DNA of 63,962 bases, the filler included, from Folioceros fuciformis (lineage: Eukaryota): assembly GCA_049999805.1 (NCBI GenBank). It is 36 parts of 36 records of this genome, joined end to end, with 100 filler letters (N's around TTAATTAATTAA, not from the genome) between each part and the next. Parts side by side here need not be neighbours in the genome. Positions count along the whole stretch, not along the records: positions 13,008 to 15,278 come from JBNGIO010007144.1; positions 15,379 to 17,280 come from JBNGIO010007145.1; positions 17,381 to 18,509 come from JBNGIO010007146.1; positions 18,610 to 20,200 come from JBNGIO010007147.1; positions 20,301 to 22,077 come from JBNGIO010007148.1; positions 22,178 to 23,684 come from JBNGIO010007149.1; positions 23,785 to 25,162 come from JBNGIO010007150.1; 29 more parts are not named here. One strand, written 5' to 3'. Positions 13,008 to 24,830 of the stretch are shown here, piece after piece (positions within the stretch are counted from its first letter, which is position 1; each line of letters opens with the position of its first letter). The position numbers and the translations under genes were made by a program. The notes under the pieces are model-generated. The model searched no databases. It was not told where the DNA came from and was given only the letters and a program-made list of their open reading frames with translations.

Positions 13008-15278
13008 AGCTAAGTCCAGGCAAAAGGCAGAAGAAAGGTGACGGGCCGCTGAGGGGTCTCGACAACCGTGAGCCTGGGACAGATGCATGCGGGCTGGGTA
13101 GAATCTAGGCAACGGCCGCCTGGCTGTCATAACCAGGTAGTCGCTGGCCTGCTGGTGGCGTGGTAGGATCCAGAAGCCGGGTAGTGAGGTGCCTAGCTGG
13201 ATCGAGAGGTTAGGGCCTCAGGCCTGTCGATCGGGCAGGGCTTGGTGACTAAGGATGTCCTGGCGGGTATGACCACAGGTGGAGGGCCAGCAGACTGAGT
13301 CGCCAACAGCTAGGCACCCTGGAGGTGGGTCGGCTGGTCGATGCGGAAGGCTGGCTGGTTGGCTGGCCGGGTTGGCTGGCGCCCCAGGTGACAAACGGAT
13401 TCGGCCGCCAACGCGCTGATCGGGCTGATCGGGCGGCTTGGCTGGTCACAGTTGGGAGTAGAGCAGCGAGGTCGGAGCTAGAAGCAGGCCAGGCTAGAGG
13501 CAGCACCGAGGCGTGGCTGGCGTGGATGAGATTGGTTGCAGGACCGGTGCGTCAGGATCAGCTCCGGGGCTGTGGCAGTCCAGAATCAGGATGCAAGGCA
13601 AGCCGGCTTGCAGGCACCTAGACTGATCAGCAGCAGGTTGGTGGGGCCAGCAAGCTGGCTGGAGTCCAGGCAGGTAACCCGGCACCAGATCAGGCGAGCC
13701 ACGGGGGTCTAGCAGTTTGGCCGGCTGGCTGGGCTGTGGCTAGCTAGCGGCCTGGCTGCCCCATGATCGAAGTGACACAGGAGGTCGACCGGGCTGCAGC
13801 CAGGCATCAGGCAGCCAGCGTGCCGGCTGATGATAGGTGACCCTGCAGGTAGACAGCCGGCAGTGGCTGGCGGGGCCGGTGGCTGGAGAATTCAATGGGC
13901 TAGCGGCTAGAACCGTAGGCCAGTAGCAGCCCAGCTGCTTGTGGCTGGTCGGGTAGAATCGGGTAGCCATGCCGACTGGCTAGACCCTGGCCTGTCGGCA
14001 ACCTGGCTAAAGCGGGGCAGGCTGGCCAATGCTTCAGGCTAGGCTGGTCGTGACCGGAGGAAGTCGAACGGCGGTGAGGCAGGATTCAAACGGGGTGGCA
14101 AAACGGCAAAGTTAGATTTGGGTTGGTCTGACGGGATGGCAGGCAGCTGAAGTCAGGCGATCCAGGTCTGCCAGCAACTGGACTGATCGGCAGAGGCAGA
14201 TTTGAGCTAGGCGGTGGGGCTGGCTAGCTGGCCGATTCTGGAGCTAGGTAGGCGGGCCAGCAAGCTGAGTGCCTGGACGAGACAGGCATGGCAGGTGGTC
14301 GAGCCGGCAGCGGCCAGCTGCTGAGGAGCAGCCAAGCCTCGCAGGCGGCATGGCAGGTGGCTGATTGGCTGGGGGGAACTTGGTTAGGAGGGAAATCTAG
14401 GCCAGGCGGGCCTTGGCATGATCCAGGCCGCAGGTAGGCGCGGCCATCGGCTGGTTGTGGATGGTGCTGGAGCGGACAGGGCGGGCTGGAGGTGGACCGA
14501 ACCTAAGCTGGCAGCGGGAGGTGGATTCGGCGGTTGGCTAAGGCGGGCACTGGTCGGAGGCAGGCCAACTTGCTGGAATTCTGCAAGGAGTCGGGCACGC
14601 AGGCAAGCAAACAGGCTGCTGGAGCGCTAGCTGAAGCATAGCCAGGCTGCCAGACTCCAGGCCGCAGGTGTACTGGATCTAGGGAGGCGACAGTGGATAG
14701 ACGGCTAGATCAGGGGCCTGGTGGATCAAGGCGGGGGACAGCTAGATCCAGGCAAGCAGGAGGTCGCGCATCCAGGCTGGTGCAAGCGAATCGAACCCAG
14801 ACAGCAGGCCAATTGGATCGGGGCAAGCTAGTAGGCAGGCTGATCGGATAGCGGCTACAGGGCAAGCTGGCAATCGCAGCTGCCAGGCGGGCAGAGCAGG
14901 CTGGCTTGCGGCGGCCTGGCTAGTCAGCAAGCTGGCCACTGGCCTGGCCATCCTGCCTCCTGACTGGCTGCTAAGAGCTTGGCAGGCAGCGACGCAGAGT
15001 CCGACAGCTGGCACACGAATTCCAGGTAGTCCAGGGGTGGATCGCGGCAAGGCTGAGAGTAGGCAAGCTGGCTGACTAGTCTGAGAGGCCTGGTTGTTTG
15101 GCAGGCTAGGGGCTGGCGTCTAGCCGGCGGGCCAGATTCGGGTCAGCAGTGCAATGGTGGGTCGGCTGAGCCAGACTGGAGCCAGGAGTAGGCAAAGGGC
15201 TAGGTGTGGCTGCCAGCGGGCAGACCAGGCTTGGAGCTAGCGAGCTGGGTTCAGGCTGAAGCAAGCGGGGGCCAGGGT
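13008..15278 (+). repeat. GC-rich degenerate GGCTGG/GGCTAG low-complexity TE-internal sequence
   Basis: No coherent ORF; same texture as 32479-33400, which lies directly upstream of a copia gag. Confidence 0.6.
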
Positions 15279-15378
15279 NNNNNNNNNNNNNNNNNNNNNN
15301 NNNNNNNNNNNNNNNNNNNNNNTTAATTAATTAANNNNNNNNNNNNNNNNNNNNNNNNNNNNNNNNNNNNNNNNNNNN

Positions 15379-17280
15379 CTCAATAACAACCCTAAACCTA
15401 AGTCCGACCTAATCCTAACCCTAACTCTGACCTAACCTAACCCCGACTTGTGGCCCTCGTTGCTCTTATCAAAATTAATCAACCTTTCAAAACTACCAAA
15501 ACTCACGAGTGCCTCTCAACACCCTCTTCCCTCTATGATCCTCTCCTTTCCCTTAGATCATCTGCAATCCTTCAGAGACCCCACTGACAGGTTATATTTA
15601 ATTTTCATTTTATTACTTCAGGTTAGGGTTAGGGGTTAGGTGATCTCTTATACTCCCTTGGCCTAGAACCCCTATTACTGCCTAACTAGGTCAACACGCC
15701 TCAGACAGAACCCTCCACTCCAATAACCGTCACCTGGTCAAGTTCATATGACATGTATCGTGACATTCTATTCAATTCCCTTCTTTATCTACACGCGAAC
15801 ATGTCATGGTATCAGAGCGTGCGGCGATCCATGTCGTGCGTTTAACTCCCAGCGCACGAGCAGCCTGGATCGGCTGTGTGCACTTCGGTGCACGCAACAC
15901 TTTTGAAGTTTCCTAAGTTGCATCGAACTCGTCTCCTTAGTTTTCTCTTCTTGCTGCCTTGAATTCTGGACGGGTTGTAGAAGCGTGCGGGGCATCTTTT
16001 TCGTGAGCAGATGCCTTCAGGCACTTTGCCTGCGAGAATGCTCACGAATCGATTGCCCCTGTGCCACCATGCCTGGACAGCGCAAGCAAGAAAGATTAGC
16101 GAGAAGAGCAAGGCGGCTTCAGGAACTTCAAGACTGGATTGACGAGAGAAGAGGCGTACCAGCGATCGCTTGCGCCCACGCGTTGGCAGCAAGTGTGGGT
16201 TTGGATCTCCATTATGCTTTGCTTGATGGCGCATAACATCATTCAAGGCTACGAGGTTCTGGACGGGTATGATTTTAGCAAGTTTGACGTCAACGACCTT
16301 CTCTAAATGCCATGAGACTCCCTAGTAGGGGTATCTACTATGTTTCCCTGCCGTCGACTGAAGTCGACATCTACGCCCACCTTCACGGACACCTGTGTGT
16401 CCTCTTCGCTAGGGAACCCGCGCACCTGCAGCCAACCGCGGAATTAGTACATCGGCATACAGCATATATACTAACAAATATACTCTCACAGTTTCCCATA
16501 TCAAGCAGGGACGTAATTCAAATCACGCTACGTGTTCAAGAAGACACAGCAGGAGAGAACCTGTGCTGCACAGTTACTTACACATCTGTTATGCATTGAG
16601 AGAAGCCCCCAGATGGCTGTACAGCAGACTCTGTCATTAAATATTGCCAAAGAAGACAAGTTTGATGGAACTAACTTCCATGTGTGGAGAGATCGCATGG
16701 TTGAGATCCTTAAATCCAGGAGGCTGTGGGGCTATGTTGGAGGTCAAGGCACACCTCCTGTCGTTATCCCAAAGCCAGTCACACCAGATGACTTTGCTGT
16801 TTGGAAAGAAGCTGATCAGACTGCAAGAACGCATTTGCAGCTGAGTGTGAAGAGTACCCACATTGGGGTCTTCCAAGGTGCACAAACAGCAGAGCAATAC
16901 TGGCAACAAGTAAATGAAGTCTACGACTCGAGGGACTTGATGCTGCAAACTTATGTGCTAAAACAGTTTGCAGGACTGAAAATGACGGAGGCGGATACAG
17001 TGGACAAGCATGTCCTTGACTTCCGAAACTGGAGAGCCAAGCTCATCTCTGCTGGCTTCGACCTGGCTGAAGAATTAGTAGCAGTAATCTTGCTGACTAC
17101 GCTGCCCGAATCCTGGACGGGTGTTGTACACAGCCTGTAGGAAGTCCGCCCAATCACTGTAAACAGGGTGATAGCTGCTATGCTAACTGAGGAGTCCCGG
17201 AAAAGAATTGCGAGTACTAGCCTTAACAGCGATAGAGCGCTGTATTCTAATGACAAGGCCTTATGGTTGAACAAACCTGG
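15379..17280 (+). mobile_element. Ty1/copia 5' end: LTR end (..CA 15806), tRNA-iMet PBS, leader, gag (ATG ~16613, stop at 17138-17140)
   Basis: CA-TGGTATCAGAGC PBS; KEDKFDGTNFHVWRDRMVEILKSRRLWGYV (DUF4219-type) and ILLTTLPESW (UBN2). Confidence 0.92.
15807..15818 (+). promoter_or_regulatory. Primer-binding site complementary to tRNA-iMet 3' end
   Basis: TGGTATCAGAGC immediately after the LTR-terminal CA. Confidence 0.9.
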
Positions 17281-17380
17281 NNNNNNNNNNNNNNNNNNNN
17301 NNNNNNNNNNNNNNNNNNNNNNNNTTAATTAATTAANNNNNNNNNNNNNNNNNNNNNNNNNNNNNNNNNNNNNNNNNNNN

Positions 17381-17891
17381 AGGTGTTAGCGTGACAATAC
17401 AAGTGAACAAGGAACAGGGAGATCATCAACGGTCGGGGAGAGGGGGAGGCCAGGTTCTGCCTCTCCTCATTCAGTTTGTCATAAAGGATTTTTCCCCAAT
17501 CAACCCGACTGCCCTTGACCACCTCGTGCACAAATAAAAGCATTTGGTCAGAGTGGTAGTCCTGCTTCTTGTTCTGTAGGAAGCACAAGAGCCACCTCGC
17601 CAGCCCCATGAGCTGGGCAGTCACCATCTCCCTTGCCAACCAACCGTTGGCTTCTCTCCCGATTCCTGCCTTGAGCAGTGTCGCCGCTGCTGCTGTGGTG
17701 CTACATTTCTTCATCGATTCGAGGACCAGTCCCCCTCCCTCCTCTTGGTTGTGCCCATACACCGTCCGCACCAGGTCCACACTCCAGTCTTGTGGGTTTT
17801 CTCGAATTCCCTCCTCCTTCGCCGGGTCTCTCAATCGCTGAGCACACTCCTGCACCAGTCCAAGAACTGCGTGATTCCAGTGCTGGGCCAT
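17381..17891 (-). mobile_element. TE accessory ORF family B, copy 1
   Basis: QHWNHAVLGLVQEC...RTVYGHNQEEGG...LLKAG..EANGW...KQDY..DQMLLFVHEVVKGSRVDWGKILY; homologous to 40248-40583 and 58292-59005. Confidence 0.7.
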
Positions 17892-18295
17892 GAACCTGAG
17901 GCCTAGCCGTCCACAGCCCTCCGGCTCTGGCCTGCCAGTGGTCCATGTTTGGCCAGAAGGCGACCTCGACTTGCGGCATAAGGACCTGCTCCTCGCTCGC
18001 TGGCACCATCTCCACAGTGGACCTCTCCTTCTTCATCCTTCCCTGTCTTCTCTCCGTCCTGCTTGTCTCCACTGGGTTGGTCGTCGACCATGCTATCACT
18101 GTCTTGCCTAGAGTTGCTGCACCTGTCCGCCCTTCACCCAGGTTGCACTTCTCCGCTCACGTCCCGTCCACCACTTCCGGTCCCCGACTCCTCGGTTGCA
18201 CTCCTTTTCAAAATTGCGTTGTGGACCCTTCTGCCTCTTACTTAGGGTTTTTTTCTCTTGTCGGGTCATCCGGGTTTCGCCACCGCCTGGAGTGC

Positions 18296-18509
18296 TGTGG
18301 AGGCAAAACCCCGGGCATTGATTGCCGGCGGGTTCCACCTTTAGTAGCCACACTTATCCCACTGTCGTTGAGACATTGGGTTCTATTCCCACGAAGGAGC
18401 AATGGGGTTCCTTGCTGCTGTGGATGGAGGGTCAGACTCAATCGACTTGATGATGGATTCGAGGGTTCCCCTCTAGCTCCGATCAGGCGTAGGACAGGCC
18501 TCGCTGTCC
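18296..18509 (+). mobile_element. LTR-like repeat family A copy
   Basis: Near-identical to 12270-12483. Confidence 0.85.
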
Positions 18510-20570
18510 NNNNNNNNNNNNNNNNNNNNNNNNNNNNNNNNNNNNNNNNNNNNTTAATTAATTAANNNNNNNNNNNNNNNNNNNNNNNNNNNNNNNNNNN
18601 NNNNNNNNNAAAGCGGAGAGCGGGGAGCGGGGAGCGGGATCGGATCGAATCACATCACACACTCATCACTGATGAGCAGAGCAGAAGAGAACAGAGCAGA
18701 ACAGGGCAGAGGCTCCAGAGCAGAGCAAGAGCAGGGCAGGGCCGCCGAAGTTGCTCTGTGCTGCCTGCCTGCCTGGGCTTTGTTTGCTGTTCCTAATCCT
18801 AAACCTTTGGTTCTTGTCTTCTCCTTACGGTGCGCGTGTGATTGGTGACTGGATTACTATGTTATTCCCTTCCATGTGCCGTTTTGTTACATGGCATGCC
18901 GTACTGAAACCGGATCCCCTGGCCCCGGATTTGGCCCACCTCTCGCGTCTCCCCCTGCCCTGCCCTACCCTTGGCCTTCCACCCATGGCATATTCTCACA
19001 TTTGCATGATTGCATTACACTCGTTAATGCGCCATCATAACCCCATCCTCCCTTCTTTTCTCGTCTCCTTTCTTCCCTGCACCATAGCCCACCTCCAGCG
19101 TCCAGCCCTAGAGTGTTAAGTGCGTTTTGCAGGGGCCGTAGGGCAGCCAGCACCAAGCTCCCAGCAGCCCAGCAGTGTGTTAATTGGATTGGAGTCCTCC
19201 GTTTTGAAAACGGTTTGACCGTCCTCCATGCATGTGGGTAGTACATATTAAAGGTGAGGTGACTCGTCGTTGGCTGCCACAGGTGGTGGGTGACATTACC
19301 CTACAGGAGCGGACACCTTAACGAAGCATTAGTTGAGAGACACAAGATAAGTACGTAATCGAGGCAAGGTGAGTTAAGTGAAGTTAGCAAGCTCCAGACG
19401 TAACCTCAGGTGATCAAGGGCGGGGCAGGGCCAGAGGCCCAGAGGCCCAGAGGCCCAGAGGCAGAGCCAGGGCAGGCCTGGCCATGGCATGCCAGTCTTT
19501 GGTCAAGCACAGGCTTTACGACACGCACCACGACAGGTGTACAAAGCAAGCAAGCAAGCATGTAGCGCCCACAAAGTCAACCGGGAGCAGGCATGTGGGC
19601 GTGTGGAATTTTTGGGTGCATGTGACTGTGCATTCCTACAGTCTCCAACAACAACACAACAGCACAACAGCTCACAGCACAACAATCTCCTATGCATGTG
19701 TGAGCATACGGCACATATCTCCCAGTCTAAGACAACAAACAGCATGCGCAGGAGTTGGAGCAGCAGCAGCATGGGCAACTGGAAGGAAGGAAGGAAGGAA
19801 GGAAGCAGACGCCCAGCTTGTCCCCCTGGGGTTGTGGGTCGGACACTGTAGAGCCTGGGGGGCTGGAAGAGATCGGATAGAATCCCTTCCTTCTATATGC
19901 GTACCACATTTGGCCCTGGCCCTGGCGCTGGCCCTGACCCTGGCCCCTCACTCAAGCAACCAGCAACAAGCACAAGCAAACCAGGTTTCCAACATCCAGC
20001 AAACCCCCGTGAGCAGCTGGAGATTATCCGAGATTCCAGGCCCACCTGCTCCTACCGGTCACACTCTCTGTTGCCATATGTGTCACCACACCATGCAACT
20101 TGCCAGGTACTTAGAGCCAGATATCAGCAAGCATCGTCGGAAAGAGAAACCCAAAAAGCAAGAGAGAGAGTTAAAGGCAGCGGCAAGTTGGCAGCAGGAG
20201 NNNNNNNNNNNNNNNNNNNNNNNNNNNNNNNNNNNNNNNNNNNNTTAATTAATTAANNNNNNNNNNNNNNNNNNNNNNNNNNNNNNNNNNNNNNNNNNNN
20301 CCTCCTGGTACCCCCCTCTTCGCCAGAGGCCAAGGACGACTCCACTCTTCCCCACACTTGGTCCGACTGCCCAGTGCACCCAAAGCACCATGGTCCAAGG
20401 AGACTTTGGGTATAAATACCCAAGTATTATTCTCAACCTAAGCCGTTTTCCTCACACTTTCACAAAGAAAAACAATGTCCACACGTTCTGTCACTCAAAA
20501 AGAGGATTCCGAATATTATTTCCTCTACAAGATGCTTCACAGCTAACAAAGTATTCTGCACAAGGACATT

Positions 20571-21190
20571 AGCATGCAGTAATTAATGAAGATTGGAGAA
20601 AGAACTGAACACCCAAAGTGAGGATATGAGGAAAACCTTGCGTTTTAGCTTCCTGATCACATGTACTCCAAACGCACACAAAACACATCATTTTATTCGC
20701 TTGCTAAGGCAAACAGAATGGTATATAGCATGCAACAATTAATGAAGACTGGAGAAAGTACTGAACACCCAAAGTCAAGATGTGAAGAAACCCTTGCATT
20801 GCAGCATCTTGATCAAATGTGCTCCAAAACACACACAGAACACATCATTCTATTTGCCTTGCTGAGCCAAACAGAATGGCATGCAACAATTAGCAAAGAC
20901 TGGAGAAAGAATTGAACATCCAAAGTCAAGATGTGAAGAAAATCTTTTCTTGTAGCATCCTACTTAAATGTGCTCCAAAACGCACAAAAAATACATCATT
21001 CTATTTACATTGTTGCGGGAAACAAAATGGTATATAGATTGCAACAATTAGTGAAGACTGGAGAAAGAACTGAGCACCCAAAGTTAGGATGTGAAGAAAA
21101 ACCTTTTCTTGCAGCATCTTGCTTCAATGTGCTCTAAAATGCACACAAAACACATCATTCTATTTGTGTTAGTAGTAAGCAGTACGGGGC
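20571..21190 (+). repeat. ~155-160-bp tandem repeat, 4 diverged copies
   Basis: GCAACAATTA(A/G)TGAAGACTGGAGAAAGAACTGAACACCCAAAGT recurs at about 20575, 20730, 20880 and 21040. Confidence 0.9.
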
Positions 21191-22628
21191 ACATCATTTG
21201 GTGGTAAGCGAGGTCAGCTAGGATCACCGTTGTCCATCTAAGGAGCACGAATTTGGCGCCAATTTCGTGCATCGCGGTGTAAGCAAATCACGATTTGAAA
21301 TGAGGGTTTCAGAACCTAAACCATAGTTCTTACAACCCGATGGCAGACACAACCGGTAGCCGGTCAAGCCTATACTATATATGGTATATGTATCATGGTT
21401 GCATGTTATGTGGCAACCTTCGCAAGCACACTCGTGTAAGAACAGTGTCAATGGGGCCCAGACCTGGCCACTTGATTTTTATGGCTAGCCCCTGGATCCA
21501 ATCCAATAAGGGCAACAGTTCCAGCACATCGAGTACACTATTCCGAGATCCAATCCAGTAATGACAACAGTCCAGACTAACGGCCACGAGATTCTCCCCT
21601 GCAGCTCCCAACTGCTCTGCGCTACGGTAGGTCTCTCGGGAAACCCTAGAATGACATTCTGGGAAAGAAACCAAATGATCGAGCACTATGTCACACGATG
21701 CTGCGGGATCAGGCGGCATGACGATTTCACCTCCCAACTCCTCCTGCAAAGCTTGCTACCCCCTCTTCCTCCAGCACATCGAAGCCGCATGCCGGGGTCC
21801 AAAATTTGAGATCGAGCCAAGTCCCCTGCTCGCGCTGCCTGGCGCGAGACAAGCACTTAGCTCGATCTCGGGTACCTATGTGGTTATTTTTGTTCTCTTA
21901 TTTCTTACAAAGCCTCTATTATCATATAAGATTATCAATCACTTGCTATATTTTTAAATACTCTTCGTTTTAACCTTTTAAAAATCTGACTAATATTCTC
22001 CTCAATTTATGTGCGGAACTACTTTTCACATCACGAGGGCACATAATGCATCCTTCATTCTTCGATAACACTATATANNNNNNNNNNNNNNNNNNNNNNN
22101 NNNNNNNNNNNNNNNNNNNNNTTAATTAATTAANNNNNNNNNNNNNNNNNNNNNNNNNNNNNNNNNNNNNNNNNNNNGGTAAACGTCCTGTGGTCAATTG
22201 CCATGCACATGCTAGCTCCCTTCCTTAACATTGTCTGACCCAAATGGGTGTATTCCGCCATTTCGGGCTTCGCGAGATTTTGACGCTAAAAACTCGTGTC
22301 AGATATCTGCATTTTCACGCATTCTTGTCAAGAGAACCCAAAATGTGGCCTAAAAGAGTGTTGAGTATAAACATAATCATCAATTTTTTCAAAAGTACTA
22401 GCAAATTTGCGGATGTCATTGCATTCAAATACATGACAAAACTTTGTAATATGGCAGGTATCATGTAATTCACGTATTATCCGATTCCATGTAAAGTCCT
22501 AAGTGTTTGAGCTATACCTCATATCAGGTGACCCTATTCTTGAAAATTATCACCTGTCGATATCTGTCTGCATCTTCCAGAAAGGGTTGCGGGATAGACC
22601 ACCAGTCAACCGGCCTAAAACAAGCGGA

Positions 22629-22752
22629 AGTGCGTCGGTAGACCGGCGCACACTTTGGTAAAGTGCGTCGGTAGATCGGCGCACACTTTGGTAAAGTGCG
22701 TTGGTAGACCGGCGCACACTTTGGTAAAGTGCGCCAGTTGACCGGTGCACAA
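22629..22752 (+). repeat. 33-bp palindromic tandem repeat (GTGCGYCGGT-AG-ACCGGCGCAC-ACTTTGGTAAA, about 4 copies)
   Basis: Seen directly; related palindromes at 23578-23684. Confidence 0.9.
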
Positions 22753-22949
22753 TACCAAAGTTACATAAATGGCAAGTGGAAAGCGAAACTTGCATGCCGC
22801 TACATACAAAAGTTATCATACCAGTTTGTACTTAATACTTTTATCTAAACGTCTAACAAGTTTTGGTTATTTTCAGGCGGTAGTGTATCCTGGTCGCGAT
22901 TGAGGATGTATAGGTTTCTACGAATCAGAGTCCTCGTTCGGGAGGGAAG

Positions 22950-23535
22950 CTTCTTTTGGCGGGCCAGAGAAGCGATTGTTGCCGATCAGCAGCATGGTGC
23001 GACTCGGGTTGGCGCCTGCTTCCGGTGGGATGCTGCCGTTCAAGAGATGGTTGGACAGGTTGATGAAGTCTAGTCTGGGGCTACCCGAGAGCTCCTTGGG
23101 GAAGCTGCCACTTCTGTAGTTGCTGTCGATGCGGAGGCCGTGGAGGGAGCTGCAGTTGGCGTGGGAGGTTGGGAGGGCTCGGAGAAGGCGTTGGATTGGA
23201 TGGCGAAGGTGCTTAGCTGGCCGCCGTTGCATGCTGCTCAGGGCACGGGCCTGGAGAAGTTGTTGGATGCTATCTCGAAGTCCTTTAACGGGCTGCTGGC
23301 GATGAAGGTCGGCGGGAAGGGCCCGCTCAGCTGGTTGTTGAAGATGGTGAAGTTGGTGAGCTTCGTCAAGCTGGGCCATGGCTTCCAGCACGCTGCCTAT
23401 GAGCAAATTGTTCCTCAAGGAGAACAACATCAGGTTCTTCCACTCTCTCAAGTCTTGCGGGAATTCCCCGCTCATCTGGTTCCCGGCCCCAGAAAAATCC
23501 TCCATGTTCACTAGCTTCCCCATCCCGGACGGATT
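22950..23535 (-). pseudogene. Intronless, frameshifted plant LRR (LRR-RLK ectodomain) fragment
   Basis: Plant-specific LRR repeats: GNQMSGEFPQDL, LRNNLLIGS, (other frame) IFNNQLSGPFP, LRIDSNYRSGSFPKEL, LSNHLLNGSIPPE, IGNNRFSGP. Frame changes between repeats; no signal peptide, TM or kinase. Confidence 0.8.
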
Positions 23536-23976
23536 CTGGCTCACATATTGATAAAATCCATCCTTCTTTGGCTCCAATGCGCCGGTAGACCGGCGCACTT
23601 GGGTAGTCGGCGTGGGCTCCAGTGCGCCGGTCATTGGGGTCCCAGCCGGCAGAAGTGCGCCGATAGACCGACGCACTTCTACCCNNNNNNNNNNNNNNNN
23701 NNNNNNNNNNNNNNNNNNNNNNNNNNNNTTAATTAATTAANNNNNNNNNNNNNNNNNNNNNNNNNNNNNNNNNNNNNNNNNNNNCATTAGTATATGCACT
23801 ACCTTTTGCTCACGGACTTTTGGCTTTTACATATTCTGATTCTTTTCTTATACCCATTAAATAATAATTTTCTGAGTAAAAACTACTCCCAACGCAATTC
23901 TTTTGTATGCCATCTAAGGACCTTGTAACCATTCGTATGATCAAAACGTAGTGTTTTCCTAAACTTTCATTCAAAC

Positions 23977-24375
23977 ATGGCTTTACTTGGTTTCTTCTTT
24001 ATTTACATTTTGATATTTTCTGTCAATCCTTTTGTGCAAGCAAGTCTTGATTCTATAAACTATGAGTGCAATCGTACTCCTTATGGTGATGAATCATCGT
24101 TTGCAAGTGCTGTGAAAAAAATTCTGCAAGATCTAACCAACAATGCATATGAGCATGCTTCAAATTTGCCTGGTTATAAAAACTCTCAGCTTATTGAAAG
24201 CAATTCGTATGTTTATGGGAACGCTTATTGTGAAGATGTAGTTTACTATGCTTGTAAACAATGTGTGATGGATGCAATCCAAGTTTTGAGGGTTGTGTGT
24301 GGGAATGTGGCGGGAGCTAAAATTCAGACAAGTGGTCCCTCATGTTTTGTAAGATATGAGGAATACAGTTTTTAG
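23977..24375 (+). CDS. Secreted Gnk2/DUF26 (ginkbilobin-2-like) protein
   Basis: Signal peptide; ECN...F...ILQDL; VYGNAYC-x7-CKQC...VC....GAKI....SCFVRYEEYSF. Single intact exon. Confidence 0.9.
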   Translation: MALLGFFFIYILIFSVNPFVQASLDSINYECNRTPYGDESSFASAVKKILQDLTNNAYEHASNLPGYKNSQLIESNSYVYGNAYCEDVVYYACKQCVMDAIQVLRVVCGNVAGAKIQTSGPSCFVRYEEYSF

Positions 24376-24551
24376 TTAGTCATTATATTATTATATGAGT
24401 TATGAGAAAAAATATGCCTAGATGACCAACATATTGTGAAATAAGAAATTCTTTCAGTACTATATTCTTTGAGCCTCATCAACTCTTTTGTTGAGGTTAA
24501 GTCATGTTTGTAGTACTCGTGCTTTTGTCTCAAGAATAATCATAGATAAAG

Positions 24552-24830
24552 AGTACAGGGGAATTTGAGAGCTTGCCCAACTTGTTCTATTATATGTCAA
24601 CAAATTTGAAGACAGTACAAGGGAATTTGAGAGCTTGCCCAACTTGCTCTATTCTATGTCAGCAAATTTGAAGACTTTTGGTAGATGTGAAGTTCCCATT
24701 TGTCGCCACTAAGACTTTGAGATGGAGTGACCCCATATCGATCACATTTCTGTTAGCCATATGGATTATTAGGATTTTGAGATGGAATGACCCATATTGA
24801 TTACAATTCTGTTATCTATATGGATTATTA
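24552..24830 (+). repeat. Two adjacent ~60-bp direct duplications (24552-24675 and 24714-24830)
   Basis: GTACAGGGGAATTTGAGAGCTTGCCCAAC... x2 and TTTGAGATGGA.TGACCC...ATATGGATTATTAG x2. Confidence 0.8.

Noticed and set aside
19484-20256. 254-aa and overlapping ORFs
   Set aside because: Low-complexity, microsatellite-laden promoter/UTR-like sequence with no recognisable motifs.
22629-22752. CRISPR-like palindromic repeats
   Set aside because: The intervening sequences are identical 11-mers rather than unique spacers, there are no cas genes, and the context is eukaryotic.
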